Virus record (IMG/VR): IMGVR_UViG_3300044858_003284
DNA length: 64,000 nucleotides
Origin: a virus
Direction: 5' to 3' (one strand)
The position numbers and the translations under genes were made by a program. Shown one piece after another: positions 9,992 to 20,508 of the stretch. Every line of letters starts with the position of its first letter. The first letter of the stretch is position 1. The notes below the pieces were generated by a model. It was not told where the DNA came from. It worked only from the letters and a program-made list of their open reading frames with translations, and ran no database searches.

Positions 9992-12249
9992 TGAGTGCCA
10001 TTATGGTTATGGTGACAAACATTGCATCAGCAATTCGGTCAGCTGCAGCCGTAATAACTCCCACAGGAACAACAAAATTATGGACATGGGGAAGAAATCA
10101 ATATGGCCAATTAGGACTCAGTGACACCATTACTCGTTCTAGTCCAACACAAGTTGGATCAGGAAATACATGGAGCATGATAGCCGGCACACAATTTAGC
10201 ACAGCAGCAATCAAAACTGATGGTACACTATGGACATGGGGTTTGGACTATTACGGTTCATTAGGAGATAATACTTCTACATTTAAAATTAGATCAAGTC
10301 CAGTTCAAATAGGAACAAATACAAATTGGAGTCAAATAGTTGCAGATTCAGCGTGTATGTTTGCAATTAAAACTGATGGTACTTTATGGACGTGGGGCAT
10401 TGGTGGATACGGTGGTACAGCACAAAATGATAGAGTTTATCGATCCAGTCCAACACAAGTGGGAAATCAAACATGGAGTAATATTAGTGGTAATTTGCAA
10501 ACTATATTAGCTATTAAAACTGATGGTACACTATGGGGTTGGGGTAATAATCAACAATTTCAATTAGGATTAAATAGTGGTGGATCATATGATCGCAGAT
10601 CCAGTCCAGTTCAAATAGGAACAAATACAAATTGGAGTAAAGTTTCTGCTCACGATGATCACACTTTTGCTATTAAAACAGATGGTACTTTATGGTCTTG
10701 GGGAGCAAATTATCCTGGCCAATTAGGACAAAATGATAGAGTTTATCGATCCAGTCCAACTCAAGTGGGATCAGCAACCAATTGGAATACGGTTTCAGAA
10801 AGAGAAGCGCATGTTTTAGCCACAAAAACTGATGGTACGTTATGGACATGGGGATATAATAATAATGGCCAATTAGGACTTAATGATAGGGTTAATCGAT
10901 CCAGTCCTACTCAAGTAGGAACAGGAACAAATTGGAATAAAGTGTTTGTTTCAGAAATGACAGATTCGGCCAGTTTGGCTACCAAGATTGATGGCACTTT
11001 ATGGTCATGGGGTTATGGTGATTACGGTGAATTAGGATCAAATTCATGGCCAATTTATAGATCCAGTCCGGTACAAATAGGAACAGGCACTACATGGAGC
11101 CAATTGTATGGCGGCAGAGAATTTATTGCTGCCATCACAGATGATAATTATAGTCCTCCATCACCGCCGCCACCTCCGCCGCCACCGCCTGGATCATTAT
11201 ATACTTGGGGACGAAATAATACAGGTTCACTTGCACTCAATGACCAAATTCATCGATCAAGTCCAACACAAGTAGGATCAACTGCAGGATGGAGTAAAAT
11301 AAACAAAGGTTATTTTGGTGCATTGGCAATTAAAACCGATGGCACGTTATGGTCATGGGGAAATAATCAATTTGGTGCATTAGGATTAAGCACCGTATGG
11401 AATGATTACAAATCTAGTCCAGTTCAAATTGGTGCATTAACAAATTGGAGTAAAGTTGGAACTTCAAATTATGGAAATTTTGCAATTAAACAAGATGGCA
11501 CGTTATGGTCATGGGGGTATAATGGAGCTGGCGTATTAGGACTTAATGATATAAATCATCGTTCCAGTCCAACACAAGTGGGAACGTCAACAAATTGGTC
11601 ACATATTAATCTTAATAGAACTTCTGTAGTATCTGCAATTAAAACAGATGGAACATTATGGATGTGGGGATATAATTATGGTGACTACTACCTTGGTGGA
11701 ATACTTGGGTATCGAAGCAGTCCAACACAAGTGGGAACGTCAACAAATTGGCTAATAAGTTCTTCGGATTATGCTAGTTCTGCTATTAAAACGGATGGTA
11801 CGTTATGGACTTGGGGTTCCAATATATATGGAACAACAGGATTAAATATGGATACTGGAAATGTTAATTCTCCAACACAAATAGGAACAGGAACTAACTG
11901 GTCACAGATATCTACAGGAATAAGATTAGCGGGTGCCACCAAAACTGATGGTACACTATGGACATGGGGAAGAAATAATTTTGGACAATTAGGAATTGGT
12001 ACTAATACAGACAAATCCAGTCCAACACAAGTAGCAGGAACAACTTGGAATTTAATTAGTATGGGAAGTTATTATCATGCTGCAGCCATCAAAACTGATG
12101 GCACTTTATGGACATGGGGACGTAATAATTGGGGCCAATTAGGAATTAATCTTATTGGAGAACAATTGAGTCCGGTTCAAGTAGGAACAGGAACAACTTG
12201 GAATCAAATTCAGGCTGCCTCACAAACTTCTTTTGCAATTAAAGATTAA
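9991..12249 (+). CDS. Double RCC1-repeat propeller protein with polyproline linker
   Basis: Two sets of about 7 RCC1-like repeats separated by SPPSPPPPPPPPPG. Confidence 0.82.
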   Translation: MSAIMVMVTNIASAIRSAAAVITPTGTTKLWTWGRNQYGQLGLSDTITRSSPTQVGSGNTWSMIAGTQFSTAAIKTDGTLWTWGLDYYGSLGDNTSTFKIRSSPVQIGTNTNWSQIVADSACMFAIKTDGTLWTWGIGGYGGTAQNDRVYRSSPTQVGNQTWSNISGNLQTILAIKTDGTLWGWGNNQQFQLGLNSGGSYDRRSSPVQIGTNTNWSKVSAHDDHTFAIKTDGTLWSWGANYPGQLGQNDRVYRSSPTQVGSATNWNTVSEREAHVLATKTDGTLWTWGYNNNGQLGLNDRVNRSSPTQVGTGTNWNKVFVSEMTDSASLATKIDGTLWSWGYGDYGELGSNSWPIYRSSPVQIGTGTTWSQLYGGREFIAAITDDNYSPPSPPPPPPPPPGSLYTWGRNNTGSLALNDQIHRSSPTQVGSTAGWSKINKGYFGALAIKTDGTLWSWGNNQFGALGLSTVWNDYKSSPVQIGALTNWSKVGTSNYGNFAIKQDGTLWSWGYNGAGVLGLNDINHRSSPTQVGTSTNWSHINLNRTSVVSAIKTDGTLWMWGYNYGDYYLGGILGYRSSPTQVGTSTNWLISSSDYASSAIKTDGTLWTWGSNIYGTTGLNMDTGNVNSPTQIGTGTNWSQISTGIRLAGATKTDGTLWTWGRNNFGQLGIGTNTDKSSPTQVAGTTWNLISMGSYYHAAAIKTDGTLWTWGRNNWGQLGINLIGEQLSPVQVGTGTTWNQIQAASQTSFAIKD
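11155..11190 (+). repeat. Polyproline-coding low-complexity linker
   Basis: cctccatcaccgccgccacctccgccgccaccgcct, a GC-rich island in an AT-rich gene. Confidence 0.9.
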
Positions 12250-12253
12250 TTAT

Positions 12254-12679
12254 ATGAATGATTTAAATAAAAACTTAGCAGATGTGTTTGATGTAACACC
12301 AATACCAGAAGATAAAAAAGAAAAGCTTCCTATGTTGTCGGTGAAATACAACGAACCTGATATGAAACAGGATTTAACTGACGCATATCAACAATCAAAA
12401 GAAAATCTACAAGGCATTATTGACCAAGGCAAAGACGCCATGGAAGAAATATTAAATATTGCCAAAGCAGGTCAACATCCACGTGCATTTGAAGTTTATT
12501 CTGGTTTATTAAAAAATATGACAGAAGCAAATGACAGACTTCTCAAAATACAAAAAGAGATGCGTGAGATGGACGAAGAAAAGAAAAAGAACACTGGTAC
12601 CAATATTGATAAAGCCATTTTTGTCGGTTCAACATCTGAACTGAGCAAACTGTTAAAGAATAATGCCGGCAAAGAATAA
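12254..12679 (+). CDS. gp16: Terminase small subunit gp16
   Basis: AYQQSKENL, HPRAFEVYSGL, AIFVGSTSEL; directly upstream of gp17; start re-called at MNDLNK. Confidence 0.9.
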   Translation: MNDLNKNLADVFDVTPIPEDKKEKLPMLSVKYNEPDMKQDLTDAYQQSKENLQGIIDQGKDAMEEILNIAKAGQHPRAFEVYSGLLKNMTEANDRLLKIQKEMREMDEEKKKNTGTNIDKAIFVGSTSELSKLLKNNAGKE

Positions 12680-14342
12680 AGAATCTTACCGTGATAACCC
12701 TCTACTCAAACGAGTAGGAGTTCAAGTCAATTTTACCGAAGAACAAGTTGATGAATATATCAAATGTTCTAGAGATCCTATCTATTTTGCCAAATACATT
12801 AAAATTATTACACTAGATGAAGGTGTAACTGATTTTAAGATGTATGACTTTCAAAAAGATATGATACAGACATTTCACAAAAATCGTTTTACGATTATGA
12901 AATGTCCACGTCAGGTTGGTAAAACTACCACAACTGTGGCATATCTTCTCTGGACAATATTATTTCAAGATGCACAATCGATTGCCGTTCTGGCCAACCG
13001 TGGTGAAACTGCTCGTGGCATTCTTGGTAAATTACAATTGGCCTACGAGAATCTACCTATGTGGTTACAGCAAGGCGTGGTTGAGTGGAATAAAGGTCGA
13101 GTAGAACTAGAGAATGGTTCTGTTATTATCGCCTCCTCCACGTCATCCTCAGCGGCCCGTTCTGGTTCTTTTAACATTGTGTTCTTAGACGAGTTTGCAT
13201 TCGTACCTTCTAATATTGCCACAGAGTTCTTTACTTCCGTTTATCCAGTTATTACTGCTGGTACACGAACAAAGATTATTATTGTTTCCACACCAAATGG
13301 CATGAATCTGTTCTATAAAATATGGACAGATGCCATCAATAAGAAAAATAATTATGTTCCGTTTGAAGTTCATTGGTCGATGGTGCCAGGTCGTGATGAA
13401 AACTGGAAAGAAGAAACGATACGAAACACATCTGAACACCAGTTCCGCCAAGAGTTTGAAACGGAGTTTTTAGGTTCGACCAACACACTTATCTCTGGTA
13501 CCAAGTTACAGGCGATGACATATAAAGAACCTATGGCCGAACATGATAAGATGAAAATCTATGAATATCCAATTAAAGGAGATGATGAAACTACCAAAGA
13601 CCATTTATACTGCATTTGTGTGGATGTTTCAGAAGGTAGAAACTTAGACGCTTCTGCATTTTCGATAATTGATATATCAACCACACCATACAAACAAGTG
13701 GCAACATACAAGAGTTCATCAATATCACCAATACTATTCCCAACGGTGATCGTTAATGCTGCCAGAATGTATAACGAAGCCTACATTTTAGTAGAGATAA
13801 ATAATAATCCACAGGTAGCGGATATCATACACCAAGATTTTGAGTATGAGAATCTCTGGAAAATATTTACAGGAAACAAAAAACCACAACAATTATCTTC
13901 AGGTTTTGGTCGTGGAGTCCAGATGGGACTCAAAATGTCGGTTGCTGTCAAACGAGTTGGTTGTTCAAATCTAAAAACACTAGTCGAAAGCAACAAATTA
14001 CTGATACCTGATTTCGATACTTTATCCGAATTAACCACCTTTACAGCAAATAAAACGTCTTTTGCTGCCGAAGATGGAGAAAACGATGATTTGGTGATGA
14101 CTTTAGTTGTTTTTGCTTGGGCTGCCACACAAAAATACTTTAAAGAAATTGTAAGTCATGATATAAGAAAACAAATTCAGTTGGAGAACATGAACCAGCT
14201 GGATGAAGAAGTATTACCGGCACCCATTATTGACGATGGTAGACAACATAATTTTGAAGTAATGGACGGTGACCTTTGGGAAGTTGCAAATGGCGATGAG
14301 ATTTATTCAGGTTTCATTAGAGATACCTTAAAAAATCTATAA
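12663..14342 (+). CDS. gp17: Terminase large subunit gp17
   Basis: YRDNPLLK, Walker A PRQVGKTT, Walker B VFLDEFAF, RNase H-like VDVSEG and NDDLVM. Confidence 0.97.
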   Translation: MPAKNKESYRDNPLLKRVGVQVNFTEEQVDEYIKCSRDPIYFAKYIKIITLDEGVTDFKMYDFQKDMIQTFHKNRFTIMKCPRQVGKTTTTVAYLLWTILFQDAQSIAVLANRGETARGILGKLQLAYENLPMWLQQGVVEWNKGRVELENGSVIIASSTSSSAARSGSFNIVFLDEFAFVPSNIATEFFTSVYPVITAGTRTKIIIVSTPNGMNLFYKIWTDAINKKNNYVPFEVHWSMVPGRDENWKEETIRNTSEHQFRQEFETEFLGSTNTLISGTKLQAMTYKEPMAEHDKMKIYEYPIKGDDETTKDHLYCICVDVSEGRNLDASAFSIIDISTTPYKQVATYKSSSISPILFPTVIVNAARMYNEAYILVEINNNPQVADIIHQDFEYENLWKIFTGNKKPQQLSSGFGRGVQMGLKMSVAVKRVGCSNLKTLVESNKLLIPDFDTLSELTTFTANKTSFAAEDGENDDLVMTLVVFAWAATQKYFKEIVSHDIRKQIQLENMNQLDEEVLPAPIIDDGRQHNFEVMDGDLWEVANGDEIYSGFIRDTLKNL

Positions 14343-14353
14343 AAGTGACTAAT

Positions 14354-14361
14354 CATAAATA
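14354..14361 (+). promoter_or_regulatory. Late promoter variant before gp18
   Basis: CATAAATA in the intergenic gap. Confidence 0.6.
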
Positions 14362-14412
14362 TTAACATGGTATCTTAGTAACCAAAACAAAACAATATCA
14401 AGGAGATAACAA

Positions 14413-16125
14413 ATGGCATTTCAAATCTCTCCAGGCGTAAGCGTATCTGAAGTCGATTTAACGACAGTTGTACCTTCAGTTCTGACTACGGCCGGTGCAT
14501 TTGCTGGAAAATTCGTATGGGGTCCAGGAAATAAAATAATTTCTGTTGAGAATGAAGTTAATTTGGTAAAAACATTTGGTAAGCCAGATGCGAACACCTA
14601 TGCTTCGTTTTTCACTGCTGCAAGCTTCTTAGCTTACGGTAACAATCTTAAAGTTGCTCGTGCAATTGGACCTAGCGCCAAGAATGCTAGCGCAAACTCT
14701 AGTGCTACACAGATAGCTGTTGACAATGAAGATACTTTTGAAGCTTCATATTTAAACAACAGCAACGGTAATGCTTACGGTGCATATATGGCACGTTATC
14801 CAGGTGCTCTTGGAAATTCTCTTACAGTATCTACAATTGATGCTGGCGGAAATTTCAGCACATGGAACGTAAACTCTGTTGGTGTATCTTCTTACTTTAA
14901 TAGTGCTCCTGGAACATCTGCTCAGGCAGCTGCCGCTGGTGCCGCTAATGACGAGATTCACGTTGTAGTTGTTGACTCTGGTGGTTTATTCACTGGTATC
15001 AAAAATACAATTTTGGAAGTTTATCCATATCTCTCTAAAGGCGTAGATGCTACCGATTCTTTAGGTAACTCAAACTATTACAAGAATGTAATTTTTAATA
15101 AGTCGAAGTATGTCTATGCTATCGATCCAGTAAGTTATTCTACAACCAATGAAACTTGGGGTGATGCTTTGGCAAATACAACTTATGCCACAGTAGCTCA
15201 AGTAACCACTCTTGCTTTAGGTGGTGGTGTTGAATCTACTCCAACTGATTCTGAATTACAGACAGCTTACGCTTTGTTTGTGAATCCAGATGCAGTAGAC
15301 ATCTCATTGGTGTTGGCTGGTGATGCTGGTAGTGCAACTCAGCAATACATCATCGACAATATTTCGAATGCTCGTAAAGATTGTATGGCATTTATATCGC
15401 CTCCTTCTTCTACCGTTGTTAATAACTCTGGTTCTGAAGTTGACGATATCGTAACATGGCATACTGCTTTGGCACGTTCAACATCTTACGCTGTTGCTGA
15501 TTCTGGTTGGAAATACATGTTTGACAAGTATAACAACACATATCGTTATGTTCCATTAAATGGCGACATAGCCGGTACCTGTGTATACACAGATTCAGTT
15601 CGTGATCCATGGTACTCACCAGCAGGATTTAACCGTGGTAATCTAAAGAATGTTACTAAATTGTCTTGGAATCCAACTAAGACACAAAGAGATTCTTTAT
15701 ACGCCATCGGTATCAATCCAGTTGGAACATTCCCTGGTCAAGGTACTGTATTGTTTGGTGACAAAACCTTACAAACCAAACCATCTGCATTCGACCGTAT
15801 CAACGTCCGCAGATTGTTTATTGTATTAGAGAAAGCAATCTCTACAGCTGCCAAGTTCTCATTGTTTGAATTCAATGACGAATTTACACGCAACCAATTT
15901 GTTGCATTAGTTACACCTTTCCTCCGTGATATTCAAGGTCGCCGTGGTATCTATGACTACCGTGTTGTTTGTGATACAACAAATAATACACCACAAGTCA
16001 TTGATTCCAATCAATTCGTTGGTGACATCTATATCAAACCTGCTCGTGCCATCAACTTCATTCAGTTGAGTTTCGTAGCAGTTAGAACTGGTGTAGATTT
16101 TACTGAAATCGTTGGTAGAACTTAA
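14413..16125 (+). CDS. gp18: Tail sheath protein gp18
   Basis: SPGVSVSEVDLT, PWYSPAGFNRG, FDRINVRRLF, IYIKPARAINFI. Confidence 0.97.
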   Translation: MAFQISPGVSVSEVDLTTVVPSVLTTAGAFAGKFVWGPGNKIISVENEVNLVKTFGKPDANTYASFFTAASFLAYGNNLKVARAIGPSAKNASANSSATQIAVDNEDTFEASYLNNSNGNAYGAYMARYPGALGNSLTVSTIDAGGNFSTWNVNSVGVSSYFNSAPGTSAQAAAAGAANDEIHVVVVDSGGLFTGIKNTILEVYPYLSKGVDATDSLGNSNYYKNVIFNKSKYVYAIDPVSYSTTNETWGDALANTTYATVAQVTTLALGGGVESTPTDSELQTAYALFVNPDAVDISLVLAGDAGSATQQYIIDNISNARKDCMAFISPPSSTVVNNSGSEVDDIVTWHTALARSTSYAVADSGWKYMFDKYNNTYRYVPLNGDIAGTCVYTDSVRDPWYSPAGFNRGNLKNVTKLSWNPTKTQRDSLYAIGINPVGTFPGQGTVLFGDKTLQTKPSAFDRINVRRLFIVLEKAISTAAKFSLFEFNDEFTRNQFVALVTPFLRDIQGRRGIYDYRVVCDTTNNTPQVIDSNQFVGDIYIKPARAINFIQLSFVAVRTGVDFTEIVGRT

Positions 16126-16131
16126 TAAATA
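16124..16131 (+). promoter_or_regulatory. Late promoter variant before gp19
   Basis: AATAAATA overlapping the gp18 stop, ahead of an AGGAG RBS. Confidence 0.5.
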
Positions 16132-16153
16132 ATTCAACGAATAGGAGAAAAAA

Positions 16154-16696
16154 ATGGCATTTAATGTAGCAGAATTTAGATCAAATATGATTGGTGACGG
16201 AGCCCGTCCCAATCTATTCCAGGTCTCTCTCGTATTTCCAACTATTGCAGCAGGCGGTACAGCAGCAGGTCAAAAAGCCACGTTTCAAGCTAAATCGGCT
16301 CAATTACCTGGTGCAACAATTGGTACCGTTCCTCTGTATTATTTTGGTCGTGAATTAAAGTTTGCTGGTAATCGTACCTTTACTGACTGGACATTACAGA
16401 TCATTAACGATGAAGATTTCACAATTCGCAATGCGATGGAATCTTGGATGAATTCTATTAACAGTCACGCTGGTAACCTACGTAATAACCAAGCTGCAGC
16501 ACCGTCTGGTTATTCTGTTGACGCTAGTGTTACTCAGTATGGTAAAACTGGCGATACCTTGAAATCGTATAAGTTTGTTGGAATGTTTCCTGTTGATATT
16601 GCTCCAATCGATTTGGACTGGGGCTCGAATGATGTTATCGAAGAATATGCGGTAACATTTGCCTATCAATGGTGGGAAGCTGAACAGACTAGTTAA
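16154..16696 (+). CDS. gp19: Tail tube protein gp19
   Basis: GARPNLF, GRELKFAGNRTFTDW, INDEDF, EEYAVTFAYQWW. Confidence 0.96.
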   Translation: MAFNVAEFRSNMIGDGARPNLFQVSLVFPTIAAGGTAAGQKATFQAKSAQLPGATIGTVPLYYFGRELKFAGNRTFTDWTLQIINDEDFTIRNAMESWMNSINSHAGNLRNNQAAAPSGYSVDASVTQYGKTGDTLKSYKFVGMFPVDIAPIDLDWGSNDVIEEYAVTFAYQWWEAEQTS

Positions 16697-16711
16697 TATA
16701 CATCATTATAC

Positions 16712-16747
16712 GGAGAGAATTTCGGTTCTCTCCATTATGCTTTTTTG
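16712..16747 (+). terminator. Hairpin with UUCG tetraloop after gp19 (terminator or processing site)
   Basis: GGAGAGAAT-TTCG-GTTCTCTCC, with a T-run a few nt downstream. Confidence 0.6.
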
Positions 16748-16764
16748 AATTGGAATAAATTACT

Positions 16765-18411
16765 ATGGCAAATAAATTCTCACTTTTTGGCTTTACAATA
16801 GCACGAAATAAGGAAGAAGAATCCCAAGAAGTGCAACAATCTTTCACGCCTCCAGCAAATGAGGATGGCGCTCTTACTATTACTTCTGCCGCTTATTATG
16901 GTACATATGTTGATCTAGATGGTACAGCAAAAAATGATGTAGAACTTATTTCACGTTATCGTGAAATGTCGATGCAGCCAGAAATTGAGTCTGCAATTGA
17001 TGATATTGTAGGTGAAGCCATTTGCCAAGACGATGACGGTCAAATTATCAAGTTAATACTAGATGATTTGAAACAACCAGACAAAATTAAAAAAGCCATT
17101 AAAGATGAATTTGAAGTGGTAATGCGTCTATTGAATTATAAAAATATGGCACAAGATATTTTCCGTAGATACTATGTTGATGGTCGTTTAAATTACCACA
17201 TTATTGTGGATAAATCACAACCAATGCAAGGTATCAAAGAACTACGTTATATTGATCCACGAAAATTAAGAAAAATTCGTGAGATGAAAAAAGAAAAAGA
17301 CCCAAGAACTGGTGTGGAAGTAATGAAAGTTATTAATGAATACTATGTGTTCAATGATAAAGTTACCACCGGTGCTTCTTCTAATTTTGGTCCAGTTGGT
17401 ATAAGAATTACAACAGACTCTATTATTTCAGTTGTGTCTGGTCTGATGGATTCTCGCCGTGCTGTTGTGTTATCTTATCTACACAAAGCAATTAAGCCAC
17501 TCAATCAGTTGCGTATGATTGAAGATGCGACAGTTATCTATCGTATCTCACGAGCACCAGAACGCCGTATATTTTATATTGACGTAGGTAATTTGCCAAA
17601 ATTAAAAGCAGAACAATATCTGCGTGATATTATGGTCAAGTATAAGAACAAGTTGGTCTATGATGCCAACACAGGTGAGATTCGTGATGACCGTAAATTC
17701 TTATCAATGATGGAGGATTTTTGGTTACCACGCCGTGAAGGTGGTAAAGGCACAGAGATCACCACATTACCTGGTGGTCAAAATTTAGGTGAGCTGGAAG
17801 ATGTTAAGTATTTTGAAAAGAAACTATACAAGTCACTTAATGTTCCTATCTCTCGTTTAGAACCAAACCAAGGTTTTTCTCTTGGTCGTGTGGCAGAAGT
17901 TACCCGTGATGAGTTAAAGTTTTCTAAATTTGTTGACCGTTTACGTAACAAATTTTCAGATTTGTTTGACCAAGCAATGCGTGTTCAATGTGTATTAAAA
18001 GGCATTTGTACCGCTGAAGAATGGGATAACTTTAAAGAATACATTCACTATGACTTCATTAAAGATAATAACTTTACAGAACTCAAAGATGCCGAGTTAA
18101 TGAAAGAACGGTTAACTCTTTTGAGTGCTGTTGATCCATATACTGGTCGTTATTTCTCACAATCTTGGATTCAACGAAATGTCTTACGTTTAACTGATGA
18201 TGAGATTAAAGAGATGCAGATTGAGATGGACGAAGAAAAAGAAGCTGGTCTTGGATTACCAGTTGGTGTAACGAATGATGTGGCACAGGCACAAATGATG
18301 TCGGATGTACCACAACAACCTACACATCCGGACGATTTAGAAGCACAGGCGCAAGCCAAAAAACAACAAGAAGATATCAACACAATAACAAAATTGAAGC
18401 GAATATTATAA
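16765..18411 (+). CDS. gp20: Portal protein gp20
   Basis: YLHKAIKPLNQLRMIEDA, RAPERRIFYIDVGNLPK, EDFWLPRREGGKGTEITTLPGG. Confidence 0.98.
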   Translation: MANKFSLFGFTIARNKEEESQEVQQSFTPPANEDGALTITSAAYYGTYVDLDGTAKNDVELISRYREMSMQPEIESAIDDIVGEAICQDDDGQIIKLILDDLKQPDKIKKAIKDEFEVVMRLLNYKNMAQDIFRRYYVDGRLNYHIIVDKSQPMQGIKELRYIDPRKLRKIREMKKEKDPRTGVEVMKVINEYYVFNDKVTTGASSNFGPVGIRITTDSIISVVSGLMDSRRAVVLSYLHKAIKPLNQLRMIEDATVIYRISRAPERRIFYIDVGNLPKLKAEQYLRDIMVKYKNKLVYDANTGEIRDDRKFLSMMEDFWLPRREGGKGTEITTLPGGQNLGELEDVKYFEKKLYKSLNVPISRLEPNQGFSLGRVAEVTRDELKFSKFVDRLRNKFSDLFDQAMRVQCVLKGICTAEEWDNFKEYIHYDFIKDNNFTELKDAELMKERLTLLSAVDPYTGRYFSQSWIQRNVLRLTDDEIKEMQIEMDEEKEAGLGLPVGVTNDVAQAQMMSDVPQQPTHPDDLEAQAQAKKQQEDINTITKLKRIL

Positions 18412-18414
18412 ATA
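18407..18414 (+). promoter_or_regulatory. T4-type late promoter
   Basis: TATAAATA overlapping the gp20 stop. Confidence 0.7.
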
Positions 18415-18432
18415 TTTTTGGAGAAAAAACAA

Positions 18433-18651
18433 ATGGATACAAAACAAATTATTGATTATGCATACCAAGGAAACGGTGTTGATTTTAAAGACGCTCTATA
18501 TTCGGCAATTCACGACAAAGTGACTGCTCATATTGAAGCCAAGAAACAAGAGATTGCACAAAATTTGATTGGTCAAAACGATGAACCAACCGAAGCAACT
18601 GCACAAGATACAGCAATTGTAACACAGGAAACAGAGAGTGAAAACACTTAA
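18433..18651 (+). CDS. gp67: Prohead core protein, gp67-like
   Basis: Small acidic protein immediately after the portal; GGAG RBS. Confidence 0.6.
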   Translation: MDTKQIIDYAYQGNGVDFKDALYSAIHDKVTAHIEAKKQEIAQNLIGQNDEPTEATAQDTAIVTQETESENT

Positions 18652-18859
18652 AGAGTTTCAACAATATCGATTGGAAGAAGCTAAACTGCCAGCGGATCCG
18701 CCAGCAGTAATGATTATGAAAAGACAATCCATTCGACAGTTTGGTGACGGCCAAAGAGTGGCTCTTTATTATGTGGATAAAATTAATAAATACATTACCA
18801 TACCATATAACGCTTCACAATGGTCATTAACAATACCAGAAGAATTTAAACAGGAATAA
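18638..18859 (+). CDS. Hypothetical head-region protein
   Basis: 73 aa ORF; MKTLKEF N-terminus resembles capsid-targeting sequences of T4 internal proteins. Confidence 0.55.
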   Translation: MKTLKEFQQYRLEEAKLPADPPAVMIMKRQSIRQFGDGQRVALYYVDKINKYITIPYNASQWSLTIPEEFKQE

Positions 18860-18862
18860 AAA

Positions 18863-19393
18863 ATGCCAAATTCATTTACATATCAAGTAATAAAGGATAC
18901 TACAGAAAGTGCAGTGATTAAAATTACTGGAAATTTTGATGGTTCTGGCCAAGAAGATAACACTGCTCGTATTCAAGCAAACACATTATATGGAGCATTA
19001 GATGCAAATAATGTTCCTTTACGCTCAATTTTAAGCCAAAGTAATACAGCAAAACCTTTTTATGGTTTGTCGGTAAATCGTATGTGGTATACCGTTACTA
19101 CAGGAGGCCAAGTTCAGTTACAATGGACGGCATCATCATCTTTACCTATTTGTAATATTATTGGTAGTGGTGAGTATGACGGTTCATCAAACTGGCCTAC
19201 TATTCCAAACAACGCAGAAGGTACTGCAGGATGTAATGGAAACATCGGTGTATCTACAAAAGGTATGACAGCAAATGGTGCGTACACAATTATAATGGAT
19301 ATACGTAAACATAACGAATACTATCAGCGTGGTCAATTTAATGATCCGGCTGCATTTAATTTTGGTAGTTATTCTTTAAGACCTGCTCCATAA
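18863..19393 (+). CDS. Hypothetical head-region structural protein
   Basis: 176 aa ORF with AGGA RBS, packed into the head operon. Confidence 0.6.
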   Translation: MPNSFTYQVIKDTTESAVIKITGNFDGSGQEDNTARIQANTLYGALDANNVPLRSILSQSNTAKPFYGLSVNRMWYTVTTGGQVQLQWTASSSLPICNIIGSGEYDGSSNWPTIPNNAEGTAGCNGNIGVSTKGMTANGAYTIIMDIRKHNEYYQRGQFNDPAAFNFGSYSLRPAP

Positions 19394-19830
19394 TGAGTGG
19401 GTTTGTTTCAAAACTTCTTTCTAATAATGTTTTAGAAGCTAGAAACATATTAGACGAAAGATTAAAAGAGTTAATCGAAAACAAGATTAACCAAATAAAA
19501 CTCCGCATGGCGGCAGAGATGTTTGAAGATTGTGGTGCCGATGTAGCTTTTGAAATAGAAGATATAACAGAAGGCAACATAATGAAAATGGGTAGAACCA
19601 AGGTGGTTCGAATCCGTATTCGTGCTGGTAAGGTACAAAGACGTAAAAAGTTGTCTGCAGTTCCAGGTTTTACCATCCGTGGTGGTAAAATGATTCGAAT
19701 GAGTCCAATGGAACGTAGACACCGTAAAATGGCTGCCAGAAGAGCTAGATTTAAAAGACGAGCCAAGATGAAACAGGCTCTGAGAAAAAGAAGAATATCA
19801 CTCAGAAAAAGAGGAACATACGGATTATGA
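19393..19830 (+). CDS. gp68: Prohead core protein, gp68-like (basic C-terminus)
   Basis: Arg/Lys-rich C-terminal half; directly upstream of gp21. Confidence 0.7.
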   Translation: MSGFVSKLLSNNVLEARNILDERLKELIENKINQIKLRMAAEMFEDCGADVAFEIEDITEGNIMKMGRTKVVRIRIRAGKVQRRKKLSAVPGFTIRGGKMIRMSPMERRHRKMAARRARFKRRAKMKQALRKRRISLRKRGTYGL

Positions 19831-20471
19831 AATTAATCAAAGAAATAACCGAAACCGTTAGTTATCTTGTAGAAGATGCTGACGGTAAAAAATCCTTACA
19901 TATAGAAGGACCTTTTCTTGTGGCCGAGAAAAAGAACCGCAATGGTCGTCTATATGAATACAATACCATGAAAAAAGAAGTTGCTCGTTATACGGAAGAA
20001 TACATTAACAAGCATCGTGCTTTTGGAGAATTAGGTCATCCAGAGTCACCATCTATTAACTTAGATCGTGTATCCCACATGATTACTTCACTAAAAGAAG
20101 ATGGTACACAATGGATCGGTAAAGCAAAGATTTTAGATACTCCTATGGGCAACATCGCCAGAAGTCTTATTGAAGGCGGTGCTCAACTAGGTGTATCTTC
20201 CCGAGGCATGGGCTCACTAAAGAATGTCAATGGAGTTAATGTCGTTCAGCCCGATTTTTATCTAGCCACAGCGGCAGATATAGTAGCAGACCCTTCTGCG
20301 CCTGGAGCATTTGTTCAAGGTATCATGGAAGGTAAAGAATGGATGTTGGTCAATGGTGTTTGGACTGAAGTAGAATACTCTCAAGCCGTCAATGAAATTA
20401 AGAAGGCATCAAGCAGAGAAATCGAAGAAGTAAGTCTACGCATTTTTGAGAACTTCATGAAAAAACTTTAA
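19827..20471 (+). CDS. gp21: Prohead protease gp21
   Basis: NRNGRLY, AFGELGHP, GVSSRGMGS, ADIVADPSAPGAFV. Confidence 0.97.
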   Translation: MKLIKEITETVSYLVEDADGKKSLHIEGPFLVAEKKNRNGRLYEYNTMKKEVARYTEEYINKHRAFGELGHPESPSINLDRVSHMITSLKEDGTQWIGKAKILDTPMGNIARSLIEGGAQLGVSSRGMGSLKNVNGVNVVQPDFYLATAADIVADPSAPGAFVQGIMEGKEWMLVNGVWTEVEYSQAVNEIKKASSREIEEVSLRIFENFMKKL

Positions 20472-20472
20472 A

Positions 20473-20480
20473 TATAAATA
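20473..20480 (+). promoter_or_regulatory. T4-type late promoter
   Basis: TATAAATA upstream of gp22. Confidence 0.75.
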
Positions 20481-20508
20481 TCCAATATAAATCAAGGAGA
20501 TTTTCAAA

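Noticed and set aside
385-12249. Diversity-generating retroelement acting on RCC1/fibre genes
   Set aside because: No reverse transcriptase and no non-coding template repeat with adenine-specific differences are visible in the window.
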